Origin: Pavona decussata
Taxonomy: Eukaryota
Length of the DNA stretch: 64,000 bases
Assembly (NCBI GenBank): GCA_977016875.1
Contig: CDRNST010000070.1
Span: 1,054,001-1,118,000, forward strand
Direction of reading: 5' to 3'
Below, piece after piece: positions 1 to 13,026 of the stretch (its first letter is position 1; every line of letters starts with the position of its first letter). The notes beneath the pieces were generated by a model. The model was not told the origin of the DNA. It did not search any database and saw only the letters and a program-made list of their open reading frames with translations. Made by a program: the position numbers and the translations under genes.

Positions 1-3000
1 GGATCTGGGGCTGAGTGTGGTGACGTCATGGTGATCGTGCCATCATTCTGTGGTGGAGCCAATAGTTGAGTGGCAAGAGTTTGTAGGAGGGACAATATGT
101 CTGTAAGGTAACAGAATTGAGGTTTATAAGTTGCCACATTAGCATCGTAAATGCTGTAGCGTCACAAGGCAAAAGCTTTTCCTTAGAGCAAAAAGTCGAT
201 AACTCGAACCAACGTTAACCTTAACTTCTTGTTGACTCGAGCCAAAAGTAGTCCCCCTTAAAAAAAAAAAACAAAAAAACAAAAACAAAAGATAGCCCCT
301 TCATAAAGCAATTTAGAGCAGAATACACCGCGATTACCATGTTTATAGCATTAATGAATGGCACCGGTTTCTGCTTCGGTTGTGAAAATTTTCACAAGAT
401 CATAACTTTTTTTTCCGATTCGTATACCACGTACATCACTAGTATAGGCCACCTTTACGCTTCAGACGACTTCCTGTTGGGTTTCTTAGCCTTTCTTACC
501 TGTTATCTGGTTGTGACTCTCAGCCTGCCTTGACAACAACCTGGTGTGCGCCTCTCTACAGTACATCCGGGTTAGACAAGCCTCGTTTCTGAGTAGTTCG
601 CAATAAATGTCTACACGCATGCGGTCCTCGCTACACAGAGCCAGCGACGAGGAGCGTGCTAGGCCAGCAGTGGGCCGCTCCAAGGCCGTAATTGGATACC
701 AGAATCTCATAAGTGTACCCTCCTCACGGTTATACGTTTCCACTTCGGCTAAACCTTTAGCCTGTACAAACAAATAAAGAAACCAACTCAACTTACTAAC
801 ATGCCTTTTCTCGACATAAAAGTTTACCATAGCAACAGCATAACCTGTTAAAAACACCCCTAATTTTACCTTTAAGTGGTTATAACTCAAACACGAGCTC
901 GATGACCCCCAATTTTTATTAAGGAATTTTAATTAGCATGTTGAGATACAACTTTCGCAAAGTTAAAAAAGATTCTATGAGGGGTTTCTGAACCCCTCTG
1001 AGCCATCAACTGGAAGTTTCCACCTGTACAAAAATAAAGTTCATTTCGGAGTAAGCCGAGGCCCTATCCTTAACGTTCGTAATAAGCGGTAACAGCTTCA
1101 TGGACAAACTGTGGAATGAACTGGATGCAAGTAAACCCCTCAAATATTACCTACCATGTTCACTAAAAAAAGGTGAGCGAATCTCCTACCATCCAAGAAA
1201 AAAGTACGGAGACTTGGCAGTTAAAAAACGTTTATAAATAAATTACCTTGTCAACATTCTTTACCACTCCCGTGAGACCAAATGTCTTCTTCATGTCCGG
1301 CACTGCAAAGCCCGGTAGAGAGGAAGCCTGGTTCAGAGTGGTGCTGTTTATGATAACAGGCTGACCCGGTTTCAGGCCTCCTGCGCTCACTTTGTTGACG
1401 TCAGCTTTTACGTCATCAAGATTAGGAAACTGCAGGGATGACGGGATACCACCGTTGTCTTCGTATAAATCCGCCACTGTAGCAATAGCGATTTCTATCA
1501 TGCCTAACAAACCGACACCATAAACAAAACTTTGAAACGATTCCTCACTACAGTGAAACAAACTCCACCTCACACCCAACCCCACCTACCTGCCAGGAGC
1601 GCCCCCCTGATTTGTTCGAGTCCTGACTGCCGGTCAGTATTTGAACGGAACCGTCTTCTGATAACTGGAAACACTTTGTCCTCCCAGGCTTTGACCAACA
1701 GACGGGAGGGGTCCATCGGTGGTGCCTCACCCGCCTGGCTGGTACCCTCCTCTGTGACACGCAGAGGCGCCGCAGGACCCACATCTGTCATCCTGTCATA
1801 ACTGCTGGACAACTTGTACTGGAGGCACGACAGCGGGTCGTACTCTGTAATTATAAGAGGAAAGTTCTTGTTGGTTGTAATTTTTCAGTCGTAGACAAGT
1901 TGTAGCTTTGATTCACGTTAAACACTCCTTGTAGTGAGTAGGGCGTGAGCAATTTGATGGGACAAGTGAAAAGCCTTACAAAGGCCTAGCTAAATTAGGA
2001 AATAGTTGTTCCGGAAAACATTTTCTCCTCACGTGTGAAACACATTCCAAAAGTAACATATACATCCGAGAAGGGACAACCTTTTTTAACCTGACGCTAC
2101 CTTCTTGCGTCTGAGAAGCACGATTTCCTTTAGGAAGTATAAGTTTCACGCCAACTTAAACCACGATACATTTATTTCTGCAAACCGAAAGAGTGCTCCT
2201 TTAATCCCCAGACCTTTATACTGCAGTTGGGTGCACGCACCTTTTCCTGCGTCTGTTGGTATGGTGAGAGGTGCTGGTTTAGCCGTTGAAGGTTTAGACA
2301 CCACCTGACCATCCATCACGCTGTCGTCCATAACATCAGCCTCAAAAGCAAAAGGAAGTTCCTCAAATGCCTGTCTGAGATCCTCCATGGAGTCGCTCCA
2401 CATGTCCGCCGCCGCGCGATGCTTGGAGCCTTCTGCATACAGGAACATGCGAGCACCGAAATTTACGCGAACGCGCACGTTCTGAAAGGAAGTGTAGGTA
2501 AAGTGAAAAACATAACCAGGGTAACTAAACAAATAGCACTGATCAAAGAGGAAAAATAACTGTGTGAATAAGAAAACCGTGAGCAGTAGAAGTTGACTTT
2601 GATATGTCCATTGCGTGGCTACCAATCATAGCACATTAATCCACAAGAAAAGTGAGGAATATATCTTCACAACTACAGACGCGGAGCTGCTTTCACCAGC
2701 TGTATTAGCTTTTCTTTATTGTCTGGTTTCATGTCGAATTAAGGTGCTCATGGTTTTGTTTTGGTTGTCATTCGAGTCACAGTTCCCTGTGCGGAGGGAT
2801 CCGAATGTCCGGTCTTGTCAACTCAGCCACAACGTAGCGTCCCACAGTGCCCGAGGCGCTCTAACGTAATTCAGACTACTCTTTGCACAACCCTAACCTG
2901 TCAAGTTTTAGTATTTTGCACATGAAGTTTGTACCTTCTTCTGTATATGAACAACTGGCCATAGTCCAGACTGCACACCGTCCAGTTCCTCTGCCAGCCT

Positions 3001-6000
3001 GTCGCCGTTACAGGTGAAATAAACCAGTCCTTTATCAGATTGATCCTCGGCTCTTTTGTATCCACAACCAATCACATCCTTCTCTTTCATTACGATATTT
3101 AAGGACACAGTCTTCCACTGAAGGAAGCCTCCTGATCTGTAAAGCACTGCACGGCCATTACTGTTACAAGCAAAAATTATGACGTGAATATAACGTTGAA
3201 AGAAAGGTTCGTTACGTTGATAAAACGCTCTAATGCTAATGTGAACTCTCCTTCGAGAAGTGGAACAAATTTTGAATGTAATTCTGCCCGCTTTTACTGA
3301 AATCGGTTGATAATGCTCAACTGAAGAACAATCTAAAAGAAATGACTCATGAGTCCAATTGATACTTGGCAAGAAAAAAAAAAAACCGAATCCCGTGCCA
3401 TACTGATTCAGTGTCTCGAGACATGTCAAGCAAAACAGGGCTCCTTACTTCTTAGCAGATGGCTCTATCACCGCAGGTCTTTCTTTGCTCTATGCTGTTT
3501 TTAACCGTTATGTGCACTGGCCCCCTTACTCATTGCCTGTATTCTACCTGGGATGGGCAACGTGTTTTTCACTTTTCTACGATTCTTCGAATTAAGTTTG
3601 CTGTTGTTGTTAAAGATTGTATTCCAGGAATATGATGCACAAATAGAACGCGTCCTTGGAACACGACTACCAGAAACAAGACTGAAGGAAAACACTTGAA
3701 AACAACAAACAAAATAGAAAAAAAAAAAACCTGTGTAGGAGACACGATCCAACAGGATTGATCCAACCACTGGCTAGCGGATCTGTCCATGGTGCAAACC
3801 CTATGGAAATACAAGGCCCCGGGTCTTGATCTTCCGGATCCCCCAGGGAACAAAGCTCCACTTCCCAGTAAAAGGATGGTGCCTTAGAAAAAAGAAATAC
3901 ACATTTAAAATACGCGCAAACACGATGGGCTTAAACTGAAAGAAGTATCTTTTTCTAGAACTGGAACTGTTGCCTTATGAACTGTGAGGACCATGTTGCA
4001 ATAAAATGTTTACAAAACGTTACCTCTTCGCTGTCATGTGTACGTTAGTAAAGCCTGGTTTACACGTACGACGCAAGCATAAGAATAAGCACAAGCACAA
4101 GCACAAGGATGTTTACACGTGCGATAAGCATAAGCATAACGTGACATACGCAAGCGCAGAAGCAGCCGAGATTTGATTCCAACATGGCGGAAAATGGCAA
4201 CGCATGAGTAACTAGACTGTACACTGACAACTTGTCACATTTTTTCAGTTTCCTTTCCTTGCGCTTATGCTTATGCTTGCGCCGTGCCGGTTTACACGTA
4301 CGACGCAACGACGCAAGCATAAGCACAAGCACAAGAGAATGGAAATCGTTCCATTCTCTTGTGCTTGTGCTTATGCTTGCGTCGTTGCGTCGTACATGTA
4401 AACCGGGACGACGCAAGCATAAGCAAAAGCGCAAGCACAAGGCGCTTACGCTTGCGTCGCACCGATTTACACGTAGGTTTCTTGTGCTTATGCTTATGCT
4501 TGTGCTTATGCTTATGCTTGCGTCGTACGTGTAAACCAGGCTTAACATCATAATACACTTTCATCCTCCCCATGTTAACCGTCACCTTAATTCGGCCATT
4601 TGTTAAGAACTGTTCTTCCAAAACGGTAATTTTCAGGCGTGCAGGGGTTTAATGAGAAAGATATAAAGCTGGTCGGGGTACTTTTTATCAACTTCAAATT
4701 AAGCAATTATTGCGGTTTTGTATTTCCCACCTTTTGCGGCAAAGGGGAGCTAGCATACACGAATGTCCCCCTCGGAAGCCCGAAGCCTGCCGCAGGATCC
4801 GCCATGTAGTGAATACACGTATGCCCCTCGGTAAAAACACATCCCCGTACGGGAGGAAAAGAGCGGCTACCATCAAGCACTATCTTCTTGTTGGTCTTGG
4901 TTGTTTTCTTGGGTAGTTCAGCAGGTTTAACAAAGTCTTTGAAGAGTTTTCGTAGCTGTTGGCAGTGGGTCTCGATGACCGTTAATCTTTGGCCGGGATC
5001 GCACTCGCCCGCTAATTTAGAAATTAGCTCTAGTGATGGGTTTGCTGCCAGCAGTGTGTCACTGAAGGAGGCGTCTTGTACTTGGCAGGAAAGCACCATG
5101 CTTGCCCTGTAAAGAAAGGGAATAGTTTTGTCTGGTGCGATCGTCGGGTGAGAGTAGTCCTTCTAACAGTTAAACAACTAATACCAACGCTCCTGGCCGC
5201 TTAACCCTTTATGCCCTTACAGTGATCAGCATCAAATTTCTCCTTGTAATATCAATGTTTATTCAGCACCTGAGGTCATGAGAATTGAGGATATGATCAC
5301 CCAATTTAATTATCTTGATGTATTAATAACTTCTCCACAGTACTTTTATAAGATTAGTATGGGGACAAGATAGGAGAAATTGTTCTTTGATATTAGGGGT
5401 TAAAGAGTTAAACCTGAACAATGACTTCAAGACTTACTAATTCAATGCTTCATCGTGGCTAACCTCAAATATTCTCCAAGTGGGTGATTTGCCTTTGTAT
5501 GAAGAAAGTGATTTTCTATGCCAAGTTGTTTTTTTTTTTTTTTTTTTTTTTGCGGTAAGGGAATGTCGCGAATGCCCTATGGCCGAACTTCACGATATCA
5601 CAGAATAAACTTGATTTTAGATGATTTACAGTTCACAGTTCTCAGGTACAGTACTCCTTCACTCTCTCTAGGCAACTAAACATGTCATACAATACAATGT
5701 TAAACTAACGATCTGTCAACAACGGCCTCCTGTTTCTAAGTTAGTCGATCAAGCTGTCAATCAATATGAAAATAATTAACGTGTCCATCCTTGATTTCTG
5801 ACCGTGATTGACATATAATCTAAATATCCTATTATCGCATGTTTTAAAAGGTCTCGCTTGGAAAATTTATCTTGAAATGTAGGTATTAGTCACACAATCT
5901 CCGACAGGAAAATGAAAATGGATAACAACAGAAGCAAAGAGGTAGAAATTCCATTACAAACTTACCTTGTTTTGATTTCTGCCAGGATTCGTGCCGCTTC

Positions 6001-9000
6001 CGACGGTACAATAATCTGCTCACTCTGATCCACTGTAGAAGGCTGGTCTACAATTGTCTCGTTTGAATTTAAAATCGAAAGCAAAGCAGCCATAGCTTGA
6101 TCACCCATGGATAACTCGCTTAGGAACACCACCTGCAAAATACCAAGACTATCTGATTAAATAAACTTGAAGGCTGCATCAAGCTTCTACCACACCCTTT
6201 CTCAGACACCTACAAATTGCTGTATGATCTAATCAAAAGGATTTTGCTTCCAAAATTCAAGAATTCGTGTTACAGCGAATATTATCACTTCAATGCTCAT
6301 GCCTAGAGATCTTATATCACCGGTTAAGTGCGATGTACCCTGAGACCTTGTGCGAAATTTTGTAGCCTACCCTCCCCTCCATAGTCGTGCGATGTTGTGT
6401 GACGCCTGATCGTGCGAGGACTTAGTTGAGAACGACCAGTCAAAATAGTGAGTTCCGAGTTCTGAGTTTGGATTAAAACAGTGAAACTACAACGCAAAGT
6501 GTTATTTGTTCGGTTCAGCCTGTACCTGTGGATTAGCGACTTTCAGCCGTGCTAGTGGTATCTCTTGCACCCTGTCACTGTAGGTCTCCCCCTCTCTGTC
6601 CAGTAACACTGTAGCCACGCCCTGTCTCTCAGATACACTCACCACATCACCAGTGGTATAAACCATGTCCTCTCCACAGATCTGTGAAGTGAAATAACAT
6701 CACACTGACAAGAGTGCTTTGGTAAAACGGACGACAATGACAACTAACTTCCAATTGTTCACGGAGTGCTTCGATAAATAACATGTTTGTGGCCAAAGAT
6801 AAACAGAAATTTGACAGGTAAATTTGCATCACGAGCAAGTCACGATTGGTTTTGTTTTTGTTTTTTATTGGTTGAGAAAGTGCTGCGAGTTTTGCTAACC
6901 AATCACAGAGCGTAGTAAAGCAAAACGAAAACAAACACGAAATTACTTTCAACACTTAACTGAAAACTACTCTAAGAGCCAATTGCGTGCCTCTGTCAAA
7001 AAATTAACCGCATTTCAAACGAAATGCGGTAAATTTGGCTCGCTTCGGATGTAAAACATACATTATTGAAATGGGTGAATTGTGAATTTTTTAAAGGGAA
7101 CCTCTACTGTTACAACAAATTGACGTTAAATTGTTGGAAATAGTGTCTTAATTACAAAACTTAGTTTAAAAAGTGGAGAGCATTTTAGTGTTATAAAAGT
7201 TGAATATGATTATGGCCCATTCCCGCGTTAAATTTCTCGCGCGCTTTTTTGACGTCATACGGTTGCCGCTATTGCCAGAAAGCAGTTATTTTGTGTAGAA
7301 TGGTTTTTTTACAGTAAGCTTTGAAATTTAGATGTTATTTCCAACAATTTAACATCACTTTGTTGTAAGAGTGGAGGTTACCTTTGAATTAATTCTGGTC
7401 GTCAAGTGCAGCAATTTAAATCGACATCCTGCTTCTACTGAACTTCACTGAAAACCGCACGAAAGTGCGTTACAAATTATCAAAACAAATACCTGAACTG
7501 TGCATCCAGAGTGAACAATTTGATGAAAACCTCCCAAAGCACACAGAGATGCTACAACGTTCCTCGCTTTAAAATACCACTCATGTTCATTTGAAAATTG
7601 CCCATCCTCGTCGGGTTCTGGATCCTGAGTCAGCGTCTGGTCCCCTTTCTGCAAGGCCCTTCCCTTTGCTTCAAGGGTCTTCATCAGGTCAGGCACATTA
7701 CCTAGCGCCTCACAAAGCACATCTCCCACGGCTGAGGCCCAAATCTTAGCGGTCTCAGAGGCTGAAGAGGCCAACAATCCATGCAACAAAGAAATCACTT
7801 CAGAGGCCATGGTGTGTGCCACTTGGCCGCTAATAAAAGGACGGCTGCTTTCAGTTCTGCAAAAGAAACAAAGCATAATTAAAGGAACTCTTGAGAGGAA
7901 TTTCGGAAAATTTCTTTGTCAGAGGAAACGATGACGATCGTCCCTGAATTTCGCTTTTAAGGACGGTGCCTACTAATACAGAAGTATTTTTGCGAGAAAA
8001 ACAGATTTTAGCAAGGGCTATTGGAATCCAAAAAGAAAATTGGAGGAAACCATGCATTTTTGAGAGATAATTAAGCAACAATATTTCAAAAAAGCAGTAA
8101 AATACAAACCAATGTATGGCGTTTTTTTGAAGCTTTATTATCTCTGAAAAATGCATGGCTACCCCCCAATTTTCTTTTTGGATACCAAGAGCACTTGGTA
8201 AGTTCTGTTTTCTCCGCATAGTTTAAGACCGTGCAAAAATATCCCTGTATTAGTAGGTACCACCCATAGGAAACCCGATTATCTCGAGATGCGCAGAACG
8301 TATGCGATGTCACAAAAGTAGGCACCGTCCTTAAATTTCCCGCGCGTCGCCATTTTGGATGGTATGACGTCATAGGATTCCCACTACTGTCAGGACGCAC
8401 AATTTTGTATCAACCAAATGACGTCATAAAATCCAAAATGGCCACGCCCGGGAGGCTTGATAAGGCCAAGTAATCCGGGCAACATTTTCTTACAACTTGT
8501 CGCGCAACAAATGTTGCGTTAAAAGTTGCGATTGTTTGTTGCCCCGCGTGTTACCAACTCCGCGCGCAACAAATTTTCATGTTACAGAAAGTAGAGTTCG
8601 CTTCTATTTTTTGCAACATGAAAATTTGTTGCGCGCGTTCGGGGTTATACGAGGGGCTAGAAATAATCGCAACTTGTAACGTAACATTTGTAGCGCGGCA
8701 AGTTGCAAGAAAATGTTACACGTGTTACTTGGCCTTTAAGAGCGAAAATTGGCGATACTCGTACACATAGAGATGAAAAATGGCGATACAGTGGAACCCT
8801 GATTTTACGATTGTCGATCTAACGATATCCCCGATTTAACAATCAACATTTTGTGTCCCGGCAAAAGTTATTTATAAATCCGGAGTTCGTTTACAACGAT
8901 ATCCCGATTTAACGATATGATTTTGCTGTCTCTGCCGTATCGTAAAATCGAGATTCCACTGTAGTAAAATCGATTTTTTAAACCACTAAAATGTTACCTT

Positions 9001-12000
9001 CACATTTTTAAACTAATCTTTGAAATTTAGACGATAGTTGTATCCGGTTTTCTGTACGCAAAGCTGTGCTGTCTACTTGCACCTACTACACATAAATGAG
9101 TAAACAAACCTGGACAGACGGCTGTTCCTTGCTTTACAGACACTCTCTGGGTCTCCTGATCCCTCGGCTAATTTCTTCCCGTCCCCACCCCAGTCCAGCT
9201 GGTCTACAGGTCCCACACTCAGCACCAGTCCCGTCTGGGCCCACTCGGCGGCCTTTTTTAGACACGCTGATAGGGTATCAGTAAGGAGTACTCCTCGTCC
9301 GTACTCAGTCAGCTCTCGGTCAAGTTTGACTGCGCGTTCCATTTCGGAGCCTTGACCCACACGAAAGATGAATGGTGTTCCGTTGGTACTGGGTAGAGAA
9401 ACGGAGTGACAAGTAATAATATTTTGAGGGCCAATGAATACTGTTGATATCCCGCTAAGAAATCAAATTATTAATTTATTGTGTTTAGCGGTACTGACAC
9501 CACAAAAAGTAGGTTGTTGGTTGGTTCGTTCACTCGCTGATTCGTTCGTTCGTTCTCCATCTCTCTCTTTTGTTTGTGACTGAGATATGTCCAGAAACTT
9601 ACGCTAATGAGATTTATGAACTGTATGGTAGACATCACAAGGTGTCCCCTAACCTTAATTCTTACTAAAACACAAATAATTCTGTCAAACATGAAGTCAT
9701 ATGAAAACGACAAAAAGGCCTGTTTTATATGAAGAACCCAAATTCAGGGTTAGGTGCATTTCTGGACATAAAGTGCTGGCTAGTGTACTCAATTGAGTCG
9801 CAAATTCATAATACTGCTAAGTTATAATACGACATAGTCATAACATTCTTTTGACGTGATACGTCAGAGAATTGGAATTGTTCTTCACCATAATATCAGA
9901 TGGAAAAATGTTCTTCGTTTTAGCTGTCTACTTGTTAATTTAATGACGGTGCCGGCTAATACAAAGATACGTAGTTATAAACGGCGCAAAAATATCCCTG
10001 TATTAGTAGACGCCGCTCATAGGAAACCCGAGTATCTCGGACCATTCCGAGATGCGCAGAACGTATGCGCAGTAACAAAAGGAGGCACCGTCCTGAGTGT
10101 ATTCACACAGTAGCCACCCGATGTAAGATGTAGCACAACAGCACAACACAAAACGGAAAAAACGGATGAAAGATCGCAGTTACTTCACACAATACCTCAG
10201 CACTTTCTGCACAACTTCATGCGCCGGTTGGTCATCTCGTTTGTGTAAATACAAACACATTGTGCTCTCGTTGCTGTTACTGAATCCATTCTCCTCATAA
10301 TCCTCTGCTTCGTTCTCCAGATCGTTCTCGTCTCCGGCATCTACAGACGGCAGCACAAAATCTCCCAGCTTGGCAAGCAACAGGTTAGCCACTCTGACCA
10401 CAGAACTCCCACCCTGATGGTGCTTGTGTTTTCCTCCTAAGTAGTGCCTGGCGGAGGAGGGCAAGGTCACTTGTTCACAGCTCTTGGCGCTCATCAGTGG
10501 TAGAGCTGAGCGGCACAGTTTGAGTACGATCAGCACCAGTTTGGGAGGGGCTCGTCTGTCCAGGAGCAGGGACAGGAGGGTGGAGATGGTGCGTGGCTCA
10601 CGGAGGATTCCTTCGCCAAGCCTGCTCCTGATAATTAGAGGTAAGGGAAAGACACATCAAGTCCGGCACTACCCCCCTGACGTCAGCACCGTAATTACCT
10701 GCCTCTCCTTCCGTCCTTGGTTTTTCTCAGTACAACATAAACTAAAGGCTTCATTTTGATACCTGCTGTGTAATTTTTGATGTTATCGAGTAGCGAAGTG
10801 ATTTTGGACGGTTTAGAATAGAATAAGTTTTGAGTATAATATTTACTTAGACACTTATTTTATTTGTCATAAGTACGTAAATTATGATCATCCGGGTGAG
10901 TGTAGTCCTGAGAAGGACTGTTTGTGGTGACTTTGACTGACGTTTCGACAACCTGAGCGGAAGTCATCTTCAGAGTCAAGAGTCAAGATGACTTCCGCTC
11001 AGGTTGTCGAAACGTCAGTCAAAGTCACCACAAACAGTCCTTCTCAGGACTACACTCACCCGGATGATCATAATTTACGTACTTATGACATGACTCCTGG
11101 GTTCAAGCCATTTACAATTATTTTATTTGGTTGTGATTTCATGGATATGAAAAAATTGCGAAACTTGCCCCTGCCCAGCCAATCAAACGGACATTTTTTT
11201 TTTACTGACAATCAAATTTGAAATCAAAGACGTTTGTGGTTCCGCGTGAGGCATTTCTGTTAGTTTTCACTGACTAATTTCTCACTTTCGTTCAGAGCTC
11301 TGAATTATTCATGACGCTTTTAGGAAGTGAACTGATTAACGTGGGGGTTTTTGAAGCTGTTTCATCTGATTATTGCGTTCGACGTAGAAAGAACGCACTC
11401 CTAATACAGATTGGAGTCGAGATTGTATGGGACAATCAATCAACCAATCTTGGGACGCATATCTGGTATCACCCGCGGATTTTGCAGGGGCGGATGACAT
11501 CATCATCAACTTGACAAAGGAGAGAGTGCGTGGGCTCGAGATCATCGGACGCAGACCCTAATCTTTGATTATTTTTAGTCTACTTTTATGGACTTTGGAT
11601 GACCTGATAGAAGTTTGAGTTTAAGTTACCCTGACTCAACACAAGTTCAACATCAAGCGCAAAACACTGCGTAAGCGACCTACAACTGTGAAGGGCACTA
11701 TAACAGCAAAGTGAAACGCAACTTCCGAGGTTGCGTTGATAACAACTTAATATCAGTCCGCATGGCGAGAGGTTAAATTCAGTGAGTCATTGCACTCTGG
11801 GGAATAAACTTTACCTGCTGATACCATGCAGTAGTTCCATAACATACTGCAGGGCGTCTTTAGCTGTAACTCCATTATTACGGCTCTCCTCTAACACACA
11901 CGTCAAGTAGTTTGATAAGAGACTGGACACCTGGTGAGCCAAACTGGACCATTCAATCGCATCGGCACGGAAATCTGATCAATAAACAGCAGAGAATTAA

Positions 12001-12839
12001 CTGAGTAAAGGGATTAAACCATGAGTGTCAGTAGCCAGGGCGAGGTTCAGTGTTTGGTTGTTCGAAAGCCGAGTAGTGAAATCAGACCTGTTGCTAGCCA
12101 CTGGGCTATTGAGCTAAAACGTTAGTCTCGAGCCCTTGGCAGGAGTTTTATTCAACAAATCGTAGAGAGTAGTACAGTGGAACACAAGCAAACGCAAAAT
12201 TACTTCCGAAATTCATTCACTGCTCTAGGTGTGCATGACAATTTATTCACATCCGGACCATGGATCACTGATATTCTAACCTTTGTCATTCTCCCACTGT
12301 ACTATACGGTCCAAGAGCACTTGAAAGCCGGCCCAGGCCATCGCTGATAGATTTACAGCTGTATCAGTCTTTTCACTCCTCAAACAACACAGCTTATCCA
12401 GTAGATACACAAGACTACTGCGCATGACACAACGTTCCTCATGCCAGGAGAACGGACAGACAGAAAGTACCAGCACACTGTCACGGTATACTGCAGGATC
12501 AACTGACGCCTGTTGAACCACGGCTGATACCACAGCTGAGAACATGTCGCGAACTTCACGGACCATGCCACCACACTTGAGCTCTTCCGTTCTGAGAGAG
12601 ACATAAAGCAAAGGATAATCTTCCTTAAGGACGGTGCCTACTAATACCGAACTATTTTTGTGTGATTTATGATTATGCGAGAAAAGCAGATCTTAGAAAG
12701 GGCTATTGAAATCCAAAAAGAAAATTGGGGGGAACGAGGCATTTTTCAGAGATAATTAAGCAATAACATCTCTAAAAAGCGCCAAAATATAAAGCAATGT
12801 ATGGGATTTTTTCCTAAACTGAAGCTGAATTATCTCTTA

Positions 12840-12870
<31 letters not shown>

Positions 12871-12978
12871 GAGATACCAAAAGTACTTGCTAAGTTCTGC
12901 TTACTCCGTATAGTTTTAAACCGCGCAACAATATTCCTGTATTAGTAGGCACCACCCATAGGAAACCCAAGTATCTCC

Positions 12979-13026
<48 letters not shown>

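Noticed and set aside
4060-4621. Overlapping ORFs with KHKHK, LCLCL or SISIS repeats
   Set aside because: They are translations of hexamer arrays in a palindromic MITE.
5137-5165. Second hammerhead or PLE copy
   Set aside because: Only a ~28-nt remnant (GATCGTCGGGTGAGAGTAGTCC) remains, with no catalytic core.
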